Assembly: GCF_001949145.1 (NCBI RefSeq)
Contig: NW_019091403.1
Span: 62,001-124,000 of the forward strand
Reading direction: 5' to 3'
DNA: 62,000 bases
Source of the DNA: Acanthaster planci
Lineage: Eukaryota
The notes below the pieces were generated by a model. That model did no database searches and was not told where the DNA came from. It worked only from the letters and a program-made list of their open reading frames with translations. The position numbers were made by a program, and so were the translations under genes. Shown here in pieces: positions 1 to 13,600 of the stretch. Numbering within the stretch: position 1 is the stretch's first letter; each line of letters begins with the position of its first letter.

Positions 1-2623
1 GTGACTCAGCAGGCTGCGCCGAACTTGAAAACTAAAATTGACAAATGTTGAACAAACAACTTGAGCTAATCCATGGAATTCCCCGTTCTTCTGTACTTCC
101 AATGTAATGTTCATCTTCAATTGATTTCCCATATCAAAAGTGATTGCAAACTTGCAGTTGTGAGTGAAGGATCAACTGGGAAAGAATTCCAAGGCTTTAT
201 TGAAATGTCAGTGAACTAACTGGCACTGCTCTCTCCAATCCAATCATCATCCCTCGTCTTTCATCCTCCAACAGACAGTGCCCATCAGCTTCTCTCTTTT
301 TTTCTTTTTAATCACTTTTTTTTTTTTAAATAAAATATGACAACGGCCCAGGCAGGCAGAAGACAGCTGTCTTCTGACCAGAGCCCTTTCCCCGGGAATG
401 CCGAGAATGACCAGAGGAATGCAGCCTATTTGGACCATTTCGAGGAGGGGGAGGGGATGTGAGAGCCACCAACTGACCAGGGGGAAGTCCTTTCAGAACT
501 TGCTCCCTGACCCTGCAATGACAGAATTAACATGTGTATTCATGTTATGAATATTCCTTATTCATCACTGACAGAGGATGTGCCAACTGCTGTAACTGAA
601 TGCCGCCTATCAGGCTACATGCATCTTGGCGAGCTCAAAGACCAAGTAGAACATGGAATTTGTAAAGGTTTGAAATCCATGCTAGTTAGCAAGAGGTTCT
701 GGGTTCACGTCATGCCCTAGTACAAGCTTGTAATTTTTCTCCCCACAAGCTCTCAGAAAAGTACAGTATGCCATGCCAACAACGTTACTTGGGTGATGGG
801 GAGATTCTAATATTACGTTCAAATTTTAATATCAACACCGGATAAGATGATTTTGGTCAGCGACTATATTTAGTAATATTGGTTCACGCATGCTAACAAA
901 ATTAATTCTAACAAAGTACCTTTACAAGCTGGCTGCACAATTTTCATCAGTCTGGCTCTTGCGGCAGACTTGTGAAACGACAGGCTTGTAAAGTGGATTA
1001 AGGCTTCAGACGGCATTAAAGTTGTACCGAACTGGAGCCTGGTGATTGGGCAAATATCTGAAGAATTTCCCTTTTAGCATGGCTTCCACGTGCTTGGATT
1101 TCTCACTGAAGGATTGTCTTCACGGAAAAGCCAAAACTGTGTCTCGTCTCGTTGAGGTCTTTCATACTAGCACAAATTGTTGCTGCCCTGAACTATTTTC
1201 AGGGCGGCATCGACACAAGCCAAACCCACATGGCGGACAAGTAATTCTGTTTGGGGGTGAAATGTCAGTCAGGGATATTTTGTTCTGAGGGATGATCACC
1301 ATTCCAGGTCAGTCAGATCCACGTGACACGTACACAGAAGCTATATTTGTGCAAGACCCGACACACAAAAATACGGGGCGCTCACAATCCTTGCAGCCAA
1401 ACATCGTCAGCCGGCCTAATTTGATGACGTCAACAATGGCCACTGCATGTGACATTTGGCGTCAACTCGACCATTTTACCTGGCTGACGGCGGTCCCAAA
1501 TAGACACAGGGATTGGCCTCGCTTGAGGCAGCTGCACATTTTGCTGGCTACATATGTTTCTGCATCTTTGAAGATGATGGAAGGTGGATGGATATTCACG
1601 CAACATGTACACTCAGCTTCATTGCTTAAATTGTCACATTTACAGCAACCGTACGTGCTGATTTCTAATGATCCACTGAGAACTTGGTGCACAGAACAAA
1701 ACCAGCTGTAATGTTATGCACATGTTGTAGGGATTTCCAGATTCCACATGATGATGTCAACTACAAGTAGAAACCATCAATATGCAGTAAGAATGGCATC
1801 TGTTCACAAAAAGAACTAAATTCCACACTAAGCTAAAACCCATGCTCCTGCTGAGAGCATTAACCTTGAGCAGTTGATAGTGCTTTAGTCAGTTCATGAA
1901 TGAAGCCAGAAATCTGGAGCTGAGCACAAGAATGTGCTTATCAGCACAGAAAGAAAGAAATTAGTTACCAGCCAATATCAGCTAATGTTAACCTAGCATG
2001 TTAATAAGTTGATCGAAGTTAAATACATTTAGCAACCCTGTGATATTTAGGAACAACTGTCAACCAGGGCTCAGTTTCACTGAGTTGCGCAAAAAAAGAA
2101 AAATCGGTGGGAAAAAAACAGTTATTTTAACGATACTTTATCGATACGATATTTTACTGGTGACCATTTCTGTTAGCAAATGAGATATCCGCTGTGCTAA
2201 GCAAATTAAAATCCTGAATCTGGCAGCTCCACCCATTTGGCCCTGGGATACAAATTAAAATGTAAAAATGAAACATGTATGTCTCATGAAAAAAAAAAGA
2301 TCAGGTTTTTGGTGTATTTATAAACCAGCTTTGGTTTCCAAAGATAAGCCATGCGGGTTTTTCACCTGTCATCTAGACTGATTCAATCCCTGGACACTCC
2401 TGTTTTGTCAATATCCCTTTTCTTCCTTTCCTTGAACTTCTCCCAACCCAAAATATGAAATGCCATCTGGATGGACGATAAAGGGAGCTCGTTACAGGCT
2501 CTTTTAAAAAGCCTCCCCGACGTACTGACAAATTCAGCAAAGATGGGAAAACCAGCCGGTCATTGCTGATATAAACTCTCCCCCCCTCATTTTTTTCCTT
2601 TGTGAAGAAGTACTTTTCATTGC

Positions 2624-2839
2624 AAGATGTACTTTGCGTCAGGGAGATATTAAATCCAATTACGGGTTTTGCCCTACTAATTATATGCAAATTAATTAAC
2701 AGTGCATACTCAGTGCTTGTCAGAGAGCTTGTGAAAAATTCACAAGTAAGCAAGTAAGCGAAAGCTCTCAGACAAGCACCGAGTATGCGGGGTTAATCAA
2801 GATGTATGTTCATCGGTTATAAGGGCAAAACCTGTAATT
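2624..2839. mobile_element. MITE-like fold-back repeat, copy 1 (QKI intron 2)
   Basis: 18-bp inverted repeats at 2658-2675 and 2822-2839 (1 mismatch) and internal 27-bp inverted repeats at 2704-2730 and 2762-2788 (2 mismatches). Homologous to 33797-33929. Confidence 0.7.
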
Positions 2840-4432
2840 AAAGTTCTCTTCAGTCTAGCTTTCTAGTAAGGAGTTTCAGACACTACATCTACATGTACAT
2901 TCTTTACAAGGAAATAAACATGAAGTTAGTGAGGTCTTTAGAAAATGAGTGTCAGAAAAATAATGGAAAATAAACACTTTTCGCTTTTAAGGTGAGAAAC
3001 CGAGAGTCAACGTGTCACCACATTGTATGTGCATTCAATGTTCAAAATTATATGAATCTTTTAAACACTGACAAATTTTCCAAGCAGATTTACAACAAAC
3101 TCATGGCACGCGTGCATTTTACAAAATTTTCCTTATGAAGGAGTACAAGTTTTATTATTTTAAAATAACCGCAGCCTACCATATTGATTTTTCTCTGTTT
3201 CAGTTTTGGCTTGCCAAGGACGTGAGCGACATGTGTGTGCGCGTGCATTTCATAGGCTCGTGACACCTTCCACCAGGGACAGGAAACCGAGGCCACTTTG
3301 GGCCGTCTGGAACATGGACTTGACACCCCTCAATTATTGATCGGAGCTGATCTTCACGGCACCTTAGACGTATCGCGCCACCGCAAAACAACAACAGACT
3401 CGGTCGGATGAGCCCCTGCATGATAGCTTTTTCTTGTTGGGTGCAACCCCTCCCCCCCCGATTGTCAACTGTAGCAACGCAAAACTTTTCCAAGAACATG
3501 TAGGTGGTTCGATGTGATCCTCACCCAAGCTATCTAACATGGAAGTGCTCAAGGATAAATGTCCATGCCCTGGCAGTGAATAAACTCCTTACAACTACTC
3601 TTTATGAATGTATTTGTATATACTGACAAGAACAGGAACAAATTGTTTAGTCTGAAAAAACAAGTCATCACGTATTATTTTCCAACTGCCAGGGTATTCT
3701 CAATCTAGCAACCTAGGAACGAAACCCCTCAAGTGCAATAACACGAAATACATTACATGCCAAACTTTACAAGAACATTAACTTGTTGAATTAGTGATTT
3801 TTCCCCCCATGAACGCTTGAAGCATTTCTGCTTCGTATGAGTCAGTTTCAATGAATAGCTAATTGCTGAAGGTTACGCCGGCACCAACTGTCCCGCGATT
3901 GTAAGCCCGACGTGTTTCGCACTTTCACTGAGTCATAGCCCAACATGTTACCCACGCACACGCGTTCTAGTGACTAGGTTGCATGGATCAGTATGTTATC
4001 AGTGTTCAACTGTGATGTTTGCATAAAATTGGAGCGTACATTGTATGCGATGTGTGAAATATTTTACATTAAAATGAAACCGTCAATTTGGGCTTCAGTG
4101 AGACTGATCATTTAAAAAATGTAGCGGCGTGTATTGCTTAAGGTTCATACAGCACATGTATATGGACGTTAAGTGTTAGCCATTTCAAGAATTTAGCAAA
4201 AATAAAAAAAAGAAGCAGACGTCTCACTTTTGGAGCATCACCTCAACCACCTGGATATGAATTAATCAACAGCCCACGTTACATTCCATCATATTTCCAA
4301 GCACACTCCCGGTGAACTGGTTAATTTTTAATTGGGCAGTATCAATTTCATGCATTTCAAATCCTTCAGTCAATTACCAGTATAAAAACGATACACCAAA
4401 TTCTTATTTTTTTTTTCCAATGCAAACAAACG

Positions 4433-4476
4433 CGGGAGGCTTCGAAGCCACACACGGGAGGCTTCGAAGCCACACA
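4433..4476. repeat. Exact tandem duplication, 22 bp x2, each unit containing the palindrome GGCTTCGAAGCC
   Basis: CGGGAGGCTTCGAAGCCACACA at 4433-4454 and 4455-4476. Confidence 0.9.
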
Positions 4477-6064
4477 TGGGGGTCCCTCTGGGGACCGCTG
4501 TTGAGGTCTTCTTTTCGTCATTGCCGTTTAGCGCACATGGGGAGGGAGAACCAGTCAGACACATCGGCAGTTAAATGAGCAATGACGGCAACAGTAAGAG
4601 AGGTGTCGAGAGGGGAGCCAACCCTATGGTTTATTCAGCGGATACCGCGCGCCGTGGTGTGGCCCAAAATTTTTGCCTGTGTTCAGCCAAGAGATTGGGT
4701 CAGACTGAGAAGGAGATGGGCCAATTTAGGGGTAGGAAGGGTATTTTAGGACCGCACATGATCAAATAGATGGGGACGAGGCGGGAAAGAGGGCAGGAGA
4801 ACAACTGAATGGATGACAAGCATGGGTGAATAACTCTGAGGTGGCGACAAAGGGGCATGGGGGTTGCTTACAATTGGGCAAAGGGGAGATGGCCTACTAG
4901 GGAGGTGTTACACGGTAGCCCAACGGTCCCAAATCCTCCCCAATCCTCCAACATGCAAAGGGGGAGGAGGGGGTTAAGGTTAAGGCTACAGCACCCGATG
5001 GACTGATTTGGGGGGCAGAAACTTACAAAGGGAACTTTAGAGTCTTCTTTGACAGCAGCGAGCTGCAATTTCAAACTCAACGGAGCTGCCACCTGGATTT
5101 TATTATTATGATGTTTGTCCCATATGACTCCAACCTACACACTCGTAATTATGGGATGAAACCCAATAACAGGGTTGACAAATGTGTGTATTCTTCCAAA
5201 CTGCCGCCACGAGTCTCTTTTCTTTTTTTTTTCCCTTGGCCAAAGCCAATTTTGCCTCTTCCCCTGGAGGCTCGTAGGAACCGACTACTTAACTCATTAA
5301 CATGTAAACTGACCGCAGCAAACAACTTCACCCGAGGGGTTCTATTCCCTGTAATTATGGAGATGGTGTGCGCTCATTGTGGATACATGGACTAGTACAT
5401 GTTCGGGCAAGCATATTCTACAGTGCAGAAACATTTCCGTCATTAAGATTCGGTGGGGCTTAATTAACTGAAGTTCTTTTGCTGCAGACAAAATGAATGT
5501 TATAGTGACAGAAAGGGTTTGTGGGCATCAAATGCCAAAACTGAAGACAAAACAGGTCATTGTACAAAGTGGCCCAGGGTACAAGACATGTATAATCTTC
5601 TTCAATTAATCCATTCCTTCATAAAAATTGCAAGACTAAAATAAAAAGTCTAGTTACAGTAAAACTGAAGAAAGGGAACTTTCGTGGGAGGGGGACCTGA
5701 GTAACTTTTAAAAAAATAATAAAAAACACCAAAAATTTCTTTTGACCTGATTACACGAAAGAGGATTCAGAGACAATCTCCAGTGAATTTCCCCAGAAAA
5801 GCCAATTACACAGAGGAGGACTGGCGGGAGAAACGATGCGCAACTACACACATACAAGTTCACATAGACAACGTGAAGCGAGGTACATGTAATGTAATAA
5901 GTGGCTGCTTTCTGGACTAACGCAGTGCATGCCGAGTGCATACCGAGTGTTATCACCGTGTCCTGGGCAGACCGACGACAGTAAATTGGTGCAGGTACCT
6001 TGCAGTGTCTCGTCACTGTTCTGGAAAGTCAATTGGATACGGCCGTTGTAGAGTTTGAAAGACA

Positions 6065-6120
6065 AAGCTGCCCGTGGTAGAAGTCATTTCACAAGCTGCC
6101 CGTGGTAGAAGTCATTTCAC
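6065..6120. repeat. Exact tandem duplication, 28 bp x2
   Basis: AAGCTGCCCGTGGTAGAAGTCATTTCAC at 6065-6092 and 6093-6120. Confidence 0.9.
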
Positions 6121-7605
6121 AAACCACGGAATCATTCCATTTGAAATGAAAGAACCACCCGGTGGACTGTCCAATTAATTTCCATTTCAAGGAGAACGCT
6201 GGGTGAACACTTAAGAATGCAAACTAGGAATTCTCATTCAACACTGACAACCACTGTATTCACTTCACAACAAAAAAAATTCAAGTTTGCTGTTCTTCAA
6301 AGCCAATTTGTAAAGTAGCAAATGCAAACCATAACAGCAGCATCAACAGTACTACATAATTTACGTACACTGGATCCAAGCATGGAGGAAGGAGGGGGCG
6401 ATTTTTCAAGATGCACCCTTGACAATCAATAAGTAATTTCAAGGCACACAACCTGAATGTGCCCCCCCCCCAAAAAAAACAGGCGACGAGCCACCAAAAA
6501 AAATTTACATTTCCGAGCGACGGGGAGTATTATCTTGCAATTGGTTTCCTGAGGGATCCCACATGCAAATCACGCCCCGTCCTCCTCCACAGTAGCAAAA
6601 AGACGGGGGGGGGAGACAGAGAGAAGCAGAAGTGTCTCCTGGAGTCTCCATGCCGGGTTCAAGGGCCTGCAAGCCCAGTAGCTGTGGACAGAGGTGACAA
6701 GTGGAGCCTGGAGACACTGGTCCTTGAGTGGCTTTCGGGGAGGGCCGCGACGCAGCCGGAATTTTGACGCTTTCCCACCGCCACGACGCAGGGCCCCATC
6801 TTTATCTTTTTTTTTGGTCAACTCAATGTAAATTTTTCCCCCCGCTATTTTAACGAGGGGGCAAGACCGAAAGACCGACTGCGGAGGTAACGTTTCCGAC
6901 TACTGAGCTTTTTCACAAGGTGTTGCGACGTTACGACGTATCCTTGGCATGTTATTTCACATGGACTCTGATGCACATGTAAGCCTTGATTTGTCTTACT
7001 TCATACCTCCAAATTCTTCACTTACAATCCTTATCCTCCATTTTTCTATTCCTATGACACCATAAGTAGTCTTTGCCAATGGCGAAACCTTCTCAGAAAC
7101 AACGACAAAATGTGACACTAACTTGTGTAAGATTGAACCTATGAGGCCTACTCATTGCTATCCAGAAATGTTCCATTCATATGTACACCATGGGCTGTTT
7201 TTGCTGCCTCCAAGAAATTAAATCCCCAGTGTTCAGGAATGCAGAGGGTGTTTTCTCTTCTTTGCTAATGTTTCGAATCTAAATACAGAGCAGCTGCTTA
7301 TGTGTTAGTAATGAGACTTTCACATATGTATGTAACACCACCCCCCCCAAAAAGGGGAAAAGTAAATTTGTGCTAATACCTAAGAATTGTCCATTTCCCT
7401 GGATGGCATGCGAGTCCATCACAGCTTGCTCCTTAATAATGCCGGAACCCATGCACCTGACCTAGGACACTATCTGTGGCCAGCAGAATGATTCTAACCT
7501 CTCACGCTTCGCCCACGAGGCGAGAATTCTACTCACAACGCCCTCTCTGCCATTTCCTGACAAAAATGGTAATATCTTTTAAATTTGAGACGCTGAGATA
7601 CTTAC

Positions 7606-10600
7606 ATCTGGGTATGTTTTGACGGGTACGTAGAGCTTTTCCGAGAGCGTAATTGGAGCACCTTGGGGTTCTGGAAGTACGAGAGGCGTGTTGTCATTGT
7701 TGATGTTGTACATGTTCTTGCGCACTTTGCTTATTTCTGCAAAAGGGAAGACGGTAAGGATAACAAATTGAGTCAGCGAAGTAAAAAAAAAATTACAAGC
7801 AGAACCCCCCAGCTGGTATCTGGAGGAAAACAAATGAACAGTGTCGCATCATACATCAACGCGTGCACGCCCCCTCGTGAATCAGGACCGCAAGCGGAAA
7901 AAATCTCCCCAGCAAAAACCCCATGAACTGATAGAGCTGGTCAAACCCTGGAAGTGACAAGCAATTTACCAGTGTAACAAGATCCCTTCTGCATTATATA
8001 TAAACCGGTATCACCAATATCCACCTATTGAGACCCTCCTGTTATGGCTCCTGGCCGAGGGGGAGGGAGGGATGCTATGAAGCGGGAGGAAACTGCCATT
8101 TTTTCTTAAATTTGATCGTCCAAGGTACAACCAGGCAAACCTATATGGGTTGCTCCATGGTGACTATTAATGGTAAATTATGCACTGTCATGAAGCCTCG
8201 GTATTAATATCAATGCCAGCTCTGATTTGCCTCATTGCGTCCACTTCAAAGCCTCACAGCGCCCTCGCCTGCCTCTCTACCCCCCCCCTTACACAAACAT
8301 TCAGGGCACCAATGATTGAAACCATAATACATGCATCAGTGCCGCAATCCAGAGATAACATTCTCAACGTGAGAACAATCCTATCGACTTGAACAACCGT
8401 GATACATAGTGCTACTCCAAAGCTTATCGCGTGCGGAGACCTCCAATCTTAGCAGCGCAACTCACAGACCCTCTCTACTTCTCTGCTTGCCCCTTTGACC
8501 CCGATTAAACACAGCCGGTTGTTTTGGGGGGGGGCCAGGGGAGGAGGACACGAAGTACTATTAAAATAGGCGCACACTACCAGTATGTTAGTCACAGTGA
8601 CAGCATTAAACTGGCCAAGTCACACAGGAATCCCTCGATAACATGGAGACCTGTTTGATCTTCCTCTGTTTGCCCATGCCCTTGTTTGGCGCTCTGCTAT
8701 GAGGTCCTGGAGTGCCTGGCAAACACTGTCCAAATTGACATAGCCCGATAAGAGGCTTAAAATTCTTGTTTACTCCACAGGAAATTTCACAAGCTTCATC
8801 CACAATTCATTTTTTTTTCCTTTGTATACATGTAACCATCGCTTTCTCATCAACCGAACTTGTTTGCTCAAGTTTGCCGTCTTCATTTGTTTGTAGAGTC
8901 AATTAACACCGTGCTCGTGTTTTGCGAAGCAAAGTGTTTAAATGTGCATCCCGTATGCATTATGTACTGCACGTAACCTTTACAATCCAGATCCCCTTTC
9001 AAAAGTTTGTGGGCAACACGGTTCACAAGTTGAGTCACAACAGATTCTTTCACAGCAATGTTTGACAACTTTAATAACGCATGGAATTCATAATACCCGC
9101 ACCTTTGTATTACATACGCGCACTTGTGTAAACTTACATTGAGATATTGGTGTAAAAGAAGTGGAGTGTACATGTACACACGCACTTTACTTGTAGTGCA
9201 TGTACATGTACATGTACATGTATGTATGCACATGTACGCTACTCAAAAAATGTTAAGGACCACTTCTTTCTTGGCTTGTAATTTTTTTCCACGCAATGAG
9301 CGAGGTCTAGTTCTTTCATTTTTTTGCTTGTCTCGATGATGTTCTCATTGGAATAAAACATCACATTGTATCAAAACATCACATGCACATTTTCAGCAGT
9401 AAAATATCTCGTAGAAAAAAAGTATACGCAAAATAAAAAAGTGGTCCTTGACTTTTTTTGCGTAGTGTATGTGCAGTTTTGGTCTTGTAGTGTACCGGTC
9501 TTTTGGTTCACTCCTGCCAAATGCATTTTTTTTGCATGCACTAATTAAGCACAGTGATTAGGTTTCTGTAGTTAAGGCACTGAATGCATTGTAATGCACA
9601 TCACATACACGGTACGCAGTGGGTCCACCCCTTTGAAAGGTCAAGGAATGACATTACGTCATCATCTTCGGTGTGAAAGCATGCAGATCGGGCAGTAGGC
9701 CTGCCATGCATGCTTGTGGCAGGAATTGCTGGAACTGCAGATCACATGAATTCATGTTGATGTGTGCGTGCAGCGTCCCATGCATATAACCTTCACATCC
9801 GAAGTCTGGCAAAAACTGTGCATAATTTCAATGATCAGTAAGTACCATTTAAGCTGAACCTGTAATAAGCATAGCTACTGCAGTACCTGCATGATCTGTA
9901 AATGCTATCATATTACATGGAATTACCCAGCAGTAACTGTGCTAACCTGTTTATTAATCTCACTCAAACTAAGGTAATGTGCATGTATGCAAACACTATG
10001 CTTCAGCACTGTACATGTACATGCCTACCCTGAATTTTACACACAGCCCTAAACAATTACATTTACATGTGAATTGCAAAAATACATGTAACGTTTTAAA
10101 AATAAATCCCAGAAAAAAAAAGTCATGTTAATGGTACGATTTCATTCAAAACTAAAAAGATGAGGATGTGGGTAACAATAACACCTTTTTCTCAAGCCAA
10201 TAAATCGCCTTGACATACTTAGTGAGTGGACCCAGAAATTTGCTGGCACCAACTTTTTTCAGTGTAACGTAGTTAACAGGAAAGAGAGGAAACTCGTCCT
10301 CAGACAGCCCTTCCAATGTACAGTACATGCCACTTGGCCAACCAGTTCACTCGACATTCATAATTCATCAAGCCACAAGAGCCGTATTTACGGCAGTGGC
10401 TGAATAGCTCCAATAAAATTTTATTTGGACAATGAAATTGCAAACAGATGGGGGGGGGGATGACAATTGACACGGGGCGCAGTCGGCCACAACTGGCAGT
10501 TACCGACAACGCTGTGATCTTTTGGACTCAAATAAAACAGACCCCGGAAAGCATGGCGACAAGTTCTGTGGCAGATTTTGGAAGAATGTAACTTTTCGGC

Positions 10601-13600
10601 CAACAGTCGGACACTTGTACAACGTTAGGGTCCAGCTGACGACGTTCATCATTTCCAGAAATTTGAACAGTCCTTTTGACACTCCACAAATATGTTCACG
10701 CTACAAATGCTTGAGGTGGACACAAAATTAAATGAGCAATTCAGCACATGCACACAATGAAATCTTTCCTTTTCCCCAGCTCGGCATTATTCTACATAGT
10801 ACATTACAGTGTTTGTGTACATGCAGTTTGAGCATGCCTCATCCTCATACCCACGAGCAAATGCCGGTGTAAAACACGGGAGATACATGTAAGCTGCCAT
10901 TTTGAAGCGAGCATATTATACATGGATGCGTGTGCTGAATGAAATGTTTTTAACGTCAATTTCTACTGAAGCTACAAAACAGTTTTTTGTCCTTTTCTTT
11001 CCTCACAATCTGATTAAAAATCTCATTGTCAACTGCCGACTGCACACATGCTCTATGTTAACACGAAAATCAAATTACCCATCCAGACGCTAAACAATGG
11101 TGAAAACGCGTCTACATGTGCTGCCGATGATATACACGTCACACAGGGCATGTGTCTAGTGTCCGTTCTCTCCCGGCCACCCATGAATAATCTTTAAATA
11201 TTGATGGGGATGATTTTCTGAGTGATTCAATACGACGCCGGCTAGGGTGCTGCCTGGTTTTCCTTCTGGCCAAATGACTGAGCGCTCACTCATCATAGCC
11301 AGATGTCAATTAATTTGCTGAAGTCACTATACTTTAACTTCAAAACTAAATAACATGAACTAATGATGAAAATTTAAAAAAAAGAACATTCGGACCAAAG
11401 GAACAAATAGAAATGGGAGGAAAAATGGTAGTCTTCAAGATTGTTGATATCTTGACAGTCTGGAGCTGGACAAACAAGAACATCAACACATATGGATTTC
11501 CCAAGGCCTTCAGGGATCCAATGTCATATTCACATTTTCATTAACAGCCATCCTTGACAATAACGAGCCCACGCATTCAACATCTGCTCACACATGAAGG
11601 TCTGCACTGGCCTTCATGCAGCATTTGCAGCCAAAATTTAAGTTGTTTTTTCTTCCCATCTCATACATGGGCAGAAAAACTCTCCTCTCTCTATCAGCCA
11701 CTATCCACTGTCTTCTAAAGGCAAAATCCAACCACTATTTACATGTAGCCTGGCTTCTTTATGAAGACTAACAGTGACCTGAGAAATATTTGGACAGCCT
11801 CATACAGAGTTGTGACAGACAACAACAGAGCCAGACAGGAGGAAAGAAACAGACCCTCAAGGAACAAAAGAGGTCCCGCCTTTCTGGCATCCCTCTTCCA
11901 TATAAGGTCAAAAAATTGGGTAAGAGAACCCCAACCAGCTGAGGGGCTAGGCAAGTCCCTCCCCCATGCAGTTGATTAGTGGTGACTGACAAGTGAGGCA
12001 ATGGACTCATCCTTGCCTCCTGGCACCTTGGCCAGACATCTGGATTTGTGTGGCAAGGGGAACACAAGCCTGCAGAAATCCCTTGGCTAAATCAGTCTTC
12101 CTGTAATTGAGGTAACTTCCATCTTGGATTGGTAACACTCGCTGTTGTGAGGGGGGAGGGAGTTGCAGGGCAGGTAAAAATTGGAAACACTCTCCATTGA
12201 GAGACTTCAATGTTGAGATCAGATTCCAGAAGACATTGAGGGGAACATCTGTCATTCTCTTTTCTGATATCCAAACAAGTGAAACAATGTAGGATTTTGG
12301 CAGCTAAACATCAGTACTTTTTCAGTTTCAACGGCTACGCAATCAACATTTGCAAAGTAGCTTCCTTGTAAAAATCCAACAACCAGTGGTTACCATTTGC
12401 ACAGCCACCATTTGAAGTCATAATCATGTCGTTAATTAATTTAGTTCTTTTTTTAATGTGTCGAGTCCAAATGTCAGCTATGCAGGCAACTTGATAATTC
12501 CTGTTCTTCATCTGTTTGGAAAGTAGGACTCGGTCCCGTAAAAATGATCAAAATACCAGTGCTTCGTTCCTAACCCCTAGCTGAATTAATTACTGGCATG
12601 CTGGTATCCTCTTTTGTTTTTTCTTCCCCTCCAACTACAGACGCCCAAGTGACATCTACTGGCGGCTTATTGATTTATCGCTATTCATGCTGGCTGCTTT
12701 AATCAGCCTGAATTCTGACCCTGAACGCCGTTGTATCAAATTACGTACTGTCTGATGTTTCACTGTTACAGTGTGTCAATGTACAAACCTCCCATCCGTA
12801 ACAACTGGCAGTCAAATAAGCGCTGGTTTTCTGTTTAGTCCAAATGTTACAAATAGGGTGATTTAAGTTTGTGGATGAGATCGAACGCTCCATGAGGGAG
12901 CAGTATGAGAAAATTATGCGCGACTCAACGGCAAAAGCCATCCTGCCGATATCGACTGTGTACATGTACACACACTGTAGACATGCATGCAAGTCTTATT
13001 CCTTCCCCAAGATTAATGCACGGGCGGAAAAACGATCATACCAGACAGGATAATAGGTGAAGCAGCTAACCAGGTGTGTTATGAAGATGGAGGATTCCGG
13101 TCAGTAAGCCAACTCTGGGTAACCTATCAGTCTAGGCTACATGAGCACCACTGACCTGTGAATCAATTCCTGGGCCAATGTTACCGTTTGCAATTTGGAA
13201 CTCGGGTTCAGAGGGGTCCACAATGTCTCATTACAACAAAGTTAAAGGGACCAGACATATGACTTTGTTATAACCAGGAATTTCTATAAAAGGAGTGGGA
13301 AAAACGAAGAAAAACGTAAAAATTCAAGAAATTGGGATTCTCAGAATTTATGAAAAGAGTTGACTGTATCACGAGACTGTTAAAAACTATTGCTATAGTA
13401 AGAAGAGTTGTTTGCTTAGCAAAAATCCAGCCAGGTACCAGTCACAAATAGAATGTAACGCAAGCCATTATGGCAGCCTACCAGCTTTTGCTATGCTAGA
13501 TGTTGCTGTCCACAGCAATGTTACATGATATGAAACTGATGAACTACGCATTAACCAAATACCTTGGAGCTTAATCTGTAGTTTTTCTGTACACAACTTA

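Noticed and set aside
247..438. ILGIPG peptide as a candidate QKI KH exon (ILGPRG)
   Set aside because: Surrounding residues do not match FNFVGRILGPRGLT; the next QKI exon is probably outside the window.
1292..1711. 139-aa plus-strand ORF antisense in QKI intron 2
   Set aside because: No recognisable homology or exon structure.
2064..2246. CCAGGGC...GCCCTGG possible MITE ends
   Set aside because: Only 7 bp of exact inverted match and no clear target duplication.
6065..6120. 28-bp direct repeat as a CRISPR-like array
   Set aside because: Two abutting copies with no spacer, in a eukaryotic intron.
9700..9790. UGCAUG (Rbfox) motif cluster in the QKI intron
   Set aside because: CATG/TGCA words are abundant on both strands throughout the window, so enrichment cannot be claimed.
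11700..12280. ORF cluster that might be a decayed retroelement
   Set aside because: No reverse transcriptase, endonuclease or integrase motif seen in the translations.
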